Under the pieces are notes generated by a model, which did not search any database, was not told the DNA's origin, and saw only the letters and a list, made by a program, of their open reading frames with translations. Made by a program: the position numbers and the translations under genes. A stretch of DNA of 40,767 bases. It comes from Phycisphaerales bacterium (lineage in GTDB: Bacteria; Planctomycetota; Phycisphaerae; Phycisphaerales; UBA1924). Below are positions 1 to 6,668 of this stretch, one piece after another (position 1 is the stretch's first letter; every line of letters starts with the position of its first letter). The DNA lies in contig JBQTIJ010000134.1 in assembly GCA_052388255.1 (NCBI GenBank), positions 1 to 40,767 on the forward strand, written 5' to 3'.

Positions 1-762
1 GTACGGCTGCTTGAGGACGCCGCCATCGAGCATCTCAGTATAGAAGACTGTTTCTTGGAGTCGCTTCGGCTTAAACGATGTTCATTGAGTCATGTGAAGA
101 TCGTGAAGTCAAGTATCAACGACCTGCGCGTGTGGTCAAGTCGGTTGCAGTCATGCACGTTTGAAGGCGTCGACTTCCGCGAGAGCTCGATGAGTGTCGC
201 CAAGGCCGGTGGCGCGAGTGTGCTTCGCGACGTCACATTCCGGCGGTGCGACTGTCGGGACTTATATTTCTGTGACGCGGTGTTTGAGCGGTGCGTCTTT
301 GACACATGCAAAGTGCGACGCATGCGGTTTCGAGCGTGTACGTTCCGAGACTGCCAGTTCGTCGGTCCGCTCGACGACATGGAGTGCTATGGTCACCACG
401 AACCCGCGCTTTCTCGGCAGTACGATGGATTGGAGGGCGCTGATTTCTCCCGCGCGGTGGTTCGGGGCGTCAACTTCGTCTGGATCAACTTCAAGTCAGA
501 CCAGTTGTTCCCCCGGGATGGACGGCACCTTGCGATCTACGACTACCGGGAGACACTGCGAGCGGGGGCAGCGCATCTACGCGAACGGGGCACTCCCCAA
601 GCGAACCATCTGGCGGGCTTGCTCGATCTCCTTCTCAAGCACGCCGGACCACAGCAGACCGTCGGTATTCTCCATGAGGAGGATCTTCTCGGTTGGGCGG
701 ACTCCCCGACCAAGCTTGGCTTGCTGAGTTTCGGGGGTGCACGTGCACGGTTCTTGAAGTGA
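1..762 (+). CDS. Pentapeptide-repeat protein, 5'-partial (continues upstream of the window)
   Basis: Frame 1 has no stop from base 1 to the TTG at 55 used by the ORF track, so the gene probably starts upstream. The stretch RDVTF-RRCDC-RDLYF-CDAVF-ERCVF-DTCKV-RRMRF-RACTF-RDCQF has a strict 5-residue period with a central F/V/C, which is the pentapeptide beta-helix signature. It uses many A/T-ending codons (aaa, tca, agt, cat), unlike the neighbouring genes. Confidence 0.6.
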   Translation, partial: VRLLEDAAIEHLSIEDCFLESLRLKRCSLSHVKIVKSSINDLRVWSSRLQSCTFEGVDFRESSMSVAKAGGASVLRDVTFRRCDCRDLYFCDAVFERCVFDTCKVRRMRFRACTFRDCQFVGPLDDMECYGHHEPALSRQYDGLEGADFSRAVVRGVNFVWINFKSDQLFPRDGRHLAIYDYRETLRAGAAHLRERGTPQANHLAGLLDLLLKHAGPQQTVGILHEEDLLGWADSPTKLGLLSFGGARARFLK

Positions 763-824
763 TGGCAAGGACCCCTCCCGCCAGTTCATCCTCTTTGACA
801 AGTGAAGAGTCTTGAACGGCCGCG

Positions 825-857
825 GGCCAGCCGCCGGCCAGCCGCGGGCCAGTGGCG
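825..857. repeat. Three imperfect tandem copies of an 11-mer (GGCCAGCCGCC / GGCCAGCCGCG / GGCCAGTGGCG)
   Basis: Read directly from the sequence, in the 258-bp convergent spacer between the pentapeptide gene and acpS. Confidence 0.8.
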
Positions 858-1020
858 GCGCTTCAAACGTCGCCGTCTTCACCCAGGGCCCTGTCGAGTC
901 CGACGCCGGGGGACGGAGCAAGGCGGCGATCCGCGCCTGCAGGCAGAACAAAAGTCCGCACCCGAAAGACGCACGAGCATCGTCCCAGCATTCCAGAACA
1001 CCAGAGGGTCTTGTTGTCGT

Positions 1021-1509
1021 TCAGGTGGCGATCACGCTCGCCATCGCGAGCGTGTCGGTATGCGAGAGGGAGACGTGCCAACCCGTGATGCCACGTGCAA
1101 GCGCGAGCTCCGCGGCTCGGCCGGTGACGACGAGTCGCGGGGCACCCGTGGTGGTGCGTTCGGTACTTATGTCGGTCCAACTGATGCCATCAGCGAGGCC
1201 GGTGCCGAGGGCTTTCATGGCGGCCTCTTTCGCCGCGAAGCGGGCGGCGAGATGTTCATCGCGACGGCGGGCAGAGCCGGAGTCGGCCTGCTCGCGCGCG
1301 GTGAAGCAGCGGTCGAGGAACCGGCCCTCATGCTCCGCGAGCATCTGCGAGATGCGAGCGACTTCGACAAGGTCGATGCCATGGCCGATGATGTGCAGCG
1401 GGGCCGGGTGCGGAGCGGAGGCGTTGGGGAGTGGAGGTGTCACGAGCGTGATGGCGAGATGGCGAGAAGGCGTGATGGCGAGGTGCAGTGGGCAGCGTGG
1501 TCGGTGCAT
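1021..1509 (-). CDS. acpS: Holo-[acyl-carrier-protein] synthase (4'-phosphopantetheinyl transferase, AcpS type)
   Basis: The core IIGHGIDLVEVARI...FTAREQ...RFAAKEAAMKALGTG...WTDI...GAPRLVVTG...SLSHTDTLAMASVIA matches the about 125-aa AcpS pattern. The ATG at 1509 directly abuts the upstream stop (TGAATG). However, the first 38 or so codons are repeat-containing and non-AcpS-like, so the real start may be the GTG at 1443 or lie near 1398. Confidence 0.8.
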   Translation of the reverse strand: MHRPRCPLHLAITPSRHLAITLVTPPLPNASAPHPAPLHIIGHGIDLVEVARISQMLAEHEGRFLDRCFTAREQADSGSARRRDEHLAARFAAKEAAMKALGTGLADGISWTDISTERTTTGAPRLVVTGRAAELALARGITGWHVSLSHTDTLAMASVIAT

Positions 1510-2277
1510 TCACCCCGGCCGCGCGGTCCAAGGGCGGGTGACGCCGATGGTCGCCTCCGGATCGCCAGCGCGGATGGCGCGGAGGACGCCGCGGGCGATC
1601 TCATCGTTGGTCAGCCAGCGCGAGCCGCGGGGCTCGATGACAAAGCCAAGGGTGATGGCTCGATACAGAATGTTCGGGTGATTGATGAGGGTGCCGGGCG
1701 TGGGGGAGGAGCGCGGATCAGCCGCGGCTGAGGAGCGGACATGAAAGAGCGGGCGAGGATCGTCGGGGGAGCCGACCTGCGCGGCGATCTCGGTGAGGAC
1801 CTCGCGCTCGGTGGTGGGGCACTGCTGGGCCGTGATGTAGGCAAGGATGATGGAGACGGGGCCGAACTGTTCCGTGGCCGCGCGGAGGGCGCGGGCGAGC
1901 TGCGGGCTGTTGGTGTAATCAGCGGCATGCCCGACGAGGCGGCCACGGCGCGGGGCGGTGGGGGCGTGATCTTCCGGGCCCTGCGGTGAGGGGTGGGCGT
2001 GGACGGCCGAGCGTGTCTGCGCCGCGGCGGAGGTGTGTGAAGAGGCGGGGGCGGCGTGGCGGGCGAGTTCGTCGAGGTCCTCGCGCGAGCGGGCGATGAC
2101 GGAGACGTCGTGGGCGTTGCCGGATGGGCCAGAAAGGTGGAGCGCGACGCGCCGGAGCATGCCGGTGCCGCCGATGACGAGCGCGTGATGGGGTGCCGGA
2201 TAGACCGCCATGGGTGGAGTGTTGGCGCGGAGGGTGCTCGGGTCGCGTGGCTGAGGCCGTCGAGGATGATCGGCCAT
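1510..2277 (-). CDS. Uncharacterised Rossmann-fold (SDR-like) NAD(P)-binding protein
   Basis: It has the N-terminal dinucleotide-binding motif ALVIGGTGMLRRV, a conserved-looking C-terminus (YRAITLGFVIEPRGSRWLTNDEIARGV) and a low-complexity insert. The start was chosen at ATG 2277 (MADHP); ATG 2211 is also possible. The ORF-track start at 2352 would overlap pdhB. Confidence 0.55.
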   Translation of the reverse strand: MADHPRRPQPRDPSTLRANTPPMAVYPAPHHALVIGGTGMLRRVALHLSGPSGNAHDVSVIARSREDLDELARHAAPASSHTSAAAQTRSAVHAHPSPQGPEDHAPTAPRRGRLVGHAADYTNSPQLARALRAATEQFGPVSIILAYITAQQCPTTEREVLTEIAAQVGSPDDPRPLFHVRSSAAADPRSSPTPGTLINHPNILYRAITLGFVIEPRGSRWLTNDEIARGVLRAIRAGDPEATIGVTRPWTARPG

Positions 2278-2350
2278 GGGCGCATATACTTGAGATTCCC
2301 GCAAGAAACCGCTTTCGTTTGCGGTTCGTTCGATGTTTGTGAGCGTGCCC

Positions 2351-3337
2351 ATGACGACCCGGCAGATTCAGTTTCGAGAGGCCCTGCGCGAGGCGATGCA
2401 GGAGGAGATGCGGCGCGACCAGCGGATCTTCCTGATGGGAGAGGAGGTCGCGCAGTACAACGGGGCGTACAAGGTGAGCCAGGGGATGCTCGAGGAGTTC
2501 GGCCCGCGCCGGATCATCGATGCGCCCATCAGCGAGAACGGGTTCGCCGGTCTGGCGGTCGGGGCGAGCATGTACGGGCTGCGGCCGATCATTGAGTTCA
2601 TGTCATGGTCGTTCTCGCTGGTCGCGGCGGACCAGTTGCTGAACAACGTGCCGAAGATGCTCTACATGAGCGGCGGGCAGTGGGGGTGCCCCATCGTGTT
2701 CCGGGGCAACAACGGTGCGGGCGGCCAGCTTGGTTCAACGCATTCGTGGTGTGTGGAGGCCCTGTACAGCAACGTGCCGGGGCTGAAGATCGCGATCCCG
2801 AGTTGCCCGTACGACGCCAAGGGGCTCCTCAAGACGGCGCTCCGCTCGGCCGACCCCGTCTTCAACCTTGAGTCGGAGCGCATGCTCAGCGACAAAGGCG
2901 ACGTGCCGGAAGAGGAATACCTCATCCCCTTCGGCGAGGCGATCCTGCGGAACGAAGGGACGGATTGCACACTCGTCTCGTTCGGGCGGCCGGTGAACTT
3001 CTGCCTTGAGGCGGCCCGCGAGCTTGCGGCCGAGGGCATCACGGTTGATGTGCTGGACATGCGCACGGTGCGCCCGCTCGACCTTCCCGCGATCGTGCGC
3101 TCGCTCAAGAAGACGGGCCGCCTTGTGGTGGTCGATCAGTCGTGGCCCTTTGCGAGCGTGGCGAGCGAGGTGATCACGCAGGTGTGCGAGCACGCCTTTG
3201 ATTTCCTCGATCACCAGCCCCTGCGCGTGAACACCGAGGATGTGCCGACGCCCTACGCCAAGAACCTTGAGGCGGAGTATCTGCCGCACAAGGGGAAGAT
3301 CATCCGTGCGGTACGGGCGGCGATGCTGCGGGCATGA
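2351..3337 (+). CDS. pdhB: 2-oxoacid (pyruvate/acetoin-type) dehydrogenase E1 component, beta subunit
   Basis: MTTRQIQFREALREAMQEEMRRDQRIFLMGEEVAQYNGAYKVSQGMLEEFGPRRIIDAPISENGFAG...MSWSF...NNGAGGQLGSTHS is the canonical E1-beta (transketolase-like pyrimidine-binding plus C-terminal domain) pattern. The start is the ATG at 2351 (MTTRQ). Confidence 0.9.
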   Translation: MTTRQIQFREALREAMQEEMRRDQRIFLMGEEVAQYNGAYKVSQGMLEEFGPRRIIDAPISENGFAGLAVGASMYGLRPIIEFMSWSFSLVAADQLLNNVPKMLYMSGGQWGCPIVFRGNNGAGGQLGSTHSWCVEALYSNVPGLKIAIPSCPYDAKGLLKTALRSADPVFNLESERMLSDKGDVPEEEYLIPFGEAILRNEGTDCTLVSFGRPVNFCLEAARELAAEGITVDVLDMRTVRPLDLPAIVRSLKKTGRLVVVDQSWPFASVASEVITQVCEHAFDFLDHQPLRVNTEDVPTPYAKNLEAEYLPHKGKIIRAVRAAMLRA

Positions 3338-3369
3338 GCCGACGCGGCGTGCTGGCGGGCAGGGGCGTG

Positions 3370-3384
3370 GCGGGGAAACCCCGC
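3370..3384 (+). other. Small GC hairpin GCGGGG-AAA-CCCCGC in the pdhB-E2 spacer
   Basis: It is a perfect 6-bp stem with a 3-nt loop, followed by only TT. It is too weak to call a full intrinsic terminator and may be an attenuator or mRNA-stability element. Confidence 0.3.
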
Positions 3385-3431
3385 TTCGGAAGGTTCAGGT
3401 TTGGACGGTCGGTCGCTTCGTGAATCCACCT

Positions 3432-4808
3432 ATGGCTTCGAACATCACCATGCCGCGGCTCTCCGACACCATGGAGGTCGGCACCATCGTCAAGTGGCAC
3501 ATCGCGCCCGGGGCAAAGGTCAAGTCAGGGGACGTGATCGCGGACATCGAGACCGACAAGGCCACGATGGAACTGCAGACCTTCGAGGATGGCGTGGTGG
3601 CGGATCTGGTGATCAAGGCCGGCCAGAGCGCGCCCGTGGGGACCGTGATCGCCCGCTTTGAAGGGGGCACCGGGGGCGGGGCGAGTACGCCAACGGCGCA
3701 GTCCGCGGCCGTTGCGGGGGCGGGCAACGGCAGAATCGGGGGCAGCGGCGTGGCGGTGGTTACGGCGCCTGCGGCGAACGGTGTGCATGGTGGGCCGGGC
3801 GGGAACAGTGCGGAGCGGGTCTTCGCATCGCCGCTGGCGAGGAAGATCGCCGCCGAGAGTGGGGTGGATCTCAAGGCCCTTGAGGGCACGGGCCCTTCCG
3901 GGCGCATCATCCGCCGGGATGTAGAGGCCTTCATCGCGGCTGGAGGCAGCGGTGCAGTCACAGCACCGGCACCCGCGCCGGTGGTGGCCGTGCAGAACCT
4001 GCCTCGTCCGAGCACGATGGCCGTGAGCCCGATCGTGGCGGCGACGGTGGCGGCCTCCGCAATCACGGGTGCGCCGGTCGCGCTCGCCGGTCGCGTGGTG
4101 GCACTCTCAAACATGCGGCGGACGATTGCGGCGCGGCTGGTTGAGAGCAAGACCACCATCCCGCACTACCAGGTGACGGTGAGCGTGCGGATGGACGCGC
4201 TGCTCTCGCTGCGGGGTCAGTTAAATGAGCAGCTCGCCAGCCACGGCGTCAAACTCTCGGTGAATGACTTCCTCGTCCGGGCATGCGCCCTGTCGATGCA
4301 CCAGCACCCGTTCGTCAACGCGCGCTGGGCCGGTCCAAAGGGGGCCGAGTCGATCGAGATCATGTCCATGGTGAGCGTGGGCGTGGCCGTCTCACTCCCA
4401 GAAGAGCGTGGCGGCGGCCTGGTGGTGGCGACGATCCGCAGCGCGGATCAGAAGGGCCTTCGGCTGATTTCGGCCGAGACCCGGGCACTCGCGGAGAAGG
4501 CCCGCACAAAGGGGCTCACGGTCGAGGAGATGTCCGAGAGCACCTTCACCATCAGCAACCTTGGGATGTTCGGCGTGGAGCACTTCACGGCGATCATCAA
4601 CCCGCCGAACGCGGCGATCCTTGCGGTGGGCGCGGCGGTGAAGAAGCCGGTGATTGAAGTGGTGGACGGGAAGGAGACGATCGTCATCGGGCACGAGATG
4701 CAGATGACGATGTCGAGCGATCACCGCATTGTCGACGGTGCGATGGCGGCGCAGTATCTGGCGAGCGTTCGCGCCATGCTGGAAAAGCCGGCGACGCTGC
4801 TGGTGTGA
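3432..4808 (+). CDS. pdhC: Dihydrolipoamide acyltransferase (E2) of a 2-oxoacid dehydrogenase complex
   Basis: It has one lipoyl domain (MPRLSDTMEVGTIVKW...ADIETDKATMEL), an Ala/Gly/Pro linker, an E3/E1-binding domain (ASPLARKIAAESGVDLKALEGTGPSGRIIRRDV) and a catalytic domain with SSDHRIVDGA. The start is the ATG at 3432. The ORF-track extension back to 3240 overlaps pdhB and looks non-coding. Confidence 0.92.
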   Translation: MASNITMPRLSDTMEVGTIVKWHIAPGAKVKSGDVIADIETDKATMELQTFEDGVVADLVIKAGQSAPVGTVIARFEGGTGGGASTPTAQSAAVAGAGNGRIGGSGVAVVTAPAANGVHGGPGGNSAERVFASPLARKIAAESGVDLKALEGTGPSGRIIRRDVEAFIAAGGSGAVTAPAPAPVVAVQNLPRPSTMAVSPIVAATVAASAITGAPVALAGRVVALSNMRRTIAARLVESKTTIPHYQVTVSVRMDALLSLRGQLNEQLASHGVKLSVNDFLVRACALSMHQHPFVNARWAGPKGAESIEIMSMVSVGVAVSLPEERGGGLVVATIRSADQKGLRLISAETRALAEKARTKGLTVEEMSESTFTISNLGMFGVEHFTAIINPPNAAILAVGAAVKKPVIEVVDGKETIVIGHEMQMTMSSDHRIVDGAMAAQYLASVRAMLEKPATLLV

Positions 4809-4815
4809 GTCTCCA

Positions 4816-5403
4816 TCAGCCCCGCTTCAGCACGGCCTTCTGAACGCTCACCGGCGGGAAGGAGTGGACCACGGGGACTTCGTCCTTGCCGCCCGATTCG
4901 CGACCGTCGCCGGTGCGCGTGGTGACCATTTCAACCTCAAGCCGTTCGTCCGCCGTGCCCGTGCCGAGCAATCGATAGGAGACGCTGATCTGCGCGTCCT
5001 TGACAAAGAAGAGGCCGTACAAGGCACCATCGAGCAGGGTCATCTCGATCTCGATCCCCTGCTTTTCGTCGATGGCAAAGCGCCCCTTACCGCGGGACTT
5101 TTCGTCATCGCGCAGGACGAGTTCGTAGGGGCGTTCCTGCCGGCCGGCGGCACCGTCGTAGACGATCGTCCACTGGGCTCGCCCGTTCTTGAGTTCGCCG
5201 ATGATGAGCTCCATACGGAACTCCGTCGAGCTGCCACCGGCGAGGACTTGGCGTGATGGGCCCTTCCAATGCCCCCGCCACAAGGCGGGGAACTCGGGCG
5301 CGGGCTTGGTGACGACGGGCGGGCTCGGCGTGGCTGGGGGCTGCGCGAGCGCGAGCGGGAAAGCGAGGGCCGGGAGCAGGAAGAGGCACGCGGCTTTAAG
5401 CAT
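4816..5403 (-). CDS. Secreted hypothetical protein (signal peptide; beta-rich, possibly lipocalin-like)
   Basis: An internal ATG at 5403 gives MLKAACLFLLPALAFPLALAQ, a classical Sec signal peptide. No motif was recognised in the mature part. Confidence 0.55.
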   Translation of the reverse strand: MLKAACLFLLPALAFPLALAQPPATPSPPVVTKPAPEFPALWRGHWKGPSRQVLAGGSSTEFRMELIIGELKNGRAQWTIVYDGAAGRQERPYELVLRDDEKSRGKGRFAIDEKQGIEIEMTLLDGALYGLFFVKDAQISVSYRLLGTGTADERLEVEMVTTRTGDGRESGGKDEVPVVHSFPPVSVQKAVLKRG

Positions 5404-5458
5404 GGGAGTGACTCCGACGCGGCGTGTCGCGCGAGTGAAGGAGGGCGGGCGGCGCGGG

Positions 5459-6649
5459 TTACCACGCGATGGCGGCGAGGCGCTCCATGGCCTGGGCGAT
5501 GCGCTCGGTCTCGCGGGTGAGAGAGATGCGGACATATGACGCGGCGGATTCGGCGAAACCGGCCCCGGGGACCATGACCACGGCGGCCTCGTCGATAGCG
5601 CGGCCGACGAACGACCAGGAATCGAGCGGCTTGCCGGTGGCGCGAGAGGTCGGGCAGGATGCCCACACGAAAACGCCCGCCTGCGGGGGCTCGGCCGTCA
5701 CGCCCATGCGCCGTAGCGCGCTGACAACGATATCGCGACGCTCGCGATAGACAGCGCGCATGCCCGCGACGGCCGGGTCGTCGAACCGGTCGAGGGCGAC
5801 CGCGCCGGCGTTCTGAACGGCGTTGAAGGGGCCGCTGTCGTAGTTGTCCTTGACCTGCTTGAGGGCGCCGATGACGCTCTCATGCCCCACGGCAAAGCCG
5901 ATACGCCAGCCCGTCATGTTGAAGGTCTTGGAGAGTGAATGGAACTCGATGGCGGGCGTGGTGTTGAGGTCCGCAGCGCGCGACTGCCACATGCTCGCCA
6001 CCGGGTCGCCGAAGTAGACTTCGCTGTAGGCAAGGTCCGAAGCGCAGACACACCCACGCGCGGCACACCAGCGGAGCGCCTCTTCATAGAGCGCGATGGG
6101 TGCGTTTGCGCCGGTCGGGTTGCCGGGGAAGTTCAGATACATGAGCCGAGCAGCGTCCGCGGCACGGGGGATGGCGGAAAAGTCCGGGAGCCACTGACGC
6201 TCGGCGGTGGTCTCCACGCGGTGGACGACGCCCCCGGCGAGGATCGTGCCCGCGGCGTACACGGGATAGGCCGGCGCGAAGACGACCGCGCCGTCACCGG
6301 GGTTCAGCAGCCCGAGAGGGAGGTGGCTGATGCCGTCCTTGCTGCCGATGAGGGCCACGAGGTGGCGGGCCGGGTCCACGGCGACGCCGAAACGACGCTC
6401 CATGAAGCGAGCCGCGGCTGAGAGGAAGACTTTGGAGCCGTAGCAATCGGGATACTGGTGATTGACGGGCCGCCGCATCTCTTCGTTCATCGCGTCGATG
6501 ACAAAGGGCGGCGTGGGACGGTCGGGGTCGCCGACGCCAAGGTTGATGACGTCCTTGCCCTGGGCGAGGGCGGCCCGTTTCTTGTCGTCGATCTGGTTGA
6601 AAAGAAACGGCGGGAGGGCGCGGAGGCGTTGGGCTCGTTCGATGGACAT
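5459..6649 (-). CDS. dapL: PLP-dependent aminotransferase, most likely LL-diaminopimelate aminotransferase (DapL type)
   Basis: LPPFLFNQIDDKK...INLGVGDPDRPTP...HQYP...GSKVF...LIGSKDGISHLPLGLLNPGD...FPGNPTG...EFHSLSKTFNMTGWRIGFAVG...VKDNYDSGPFNAVQ closely follows the DapL consensus as I remember it. The start is the ATG at 6649 (MSIER). Confidence 0.72.
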   Translation of the reverse strand: MSIERAQRLRALPPFLFNQIDDKKRAALAQGKDVINLGVGDPDRPTPPFVIDAMNEEMRRPVNHQYPDCYGSKVFLSAAARFMERRFGVAVDPARHLVALIGSKDGISHLPLGLLNPGDGAVVFAPAYPVYAAGTILAGGVVHRVETTAERQWLPDFSAIPRAADAARLMYLNFPGNPTGANAPIALYEEALRWCAARGCVCASDLAYSEVYFGDPVASMWQSRAADLNTTPAIEFHSLSKTFNMTGWRIGFAVGHESVIGALKQVKDNYDSGPFNAVQNAGAVALDRFDDPAVAGMRAVYRERRDIVVSALRRMGVTAEPPQAGVFVWASCPTSRATGKPLDSWSFVGRAIDEAAVVMVPGAGFAESAASYVRISLTRETERIAQAMERLAAIAW

Positions 6650-6668
6650 CGTCCGATCGTATGTTGCT

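Noticed and set aside
802-1731. Plus-strand ORFs of 309 and 289 aa spanning the spacer, acpS and the SDR-like gene
   Set aside because: They overlap the motif-supported acpS on the opposite strand, and their translations are Arg/Gly-rich. No independent support exists. The part within the 763-1020 spacer cannot be excluded as coding, but nothing supports it.
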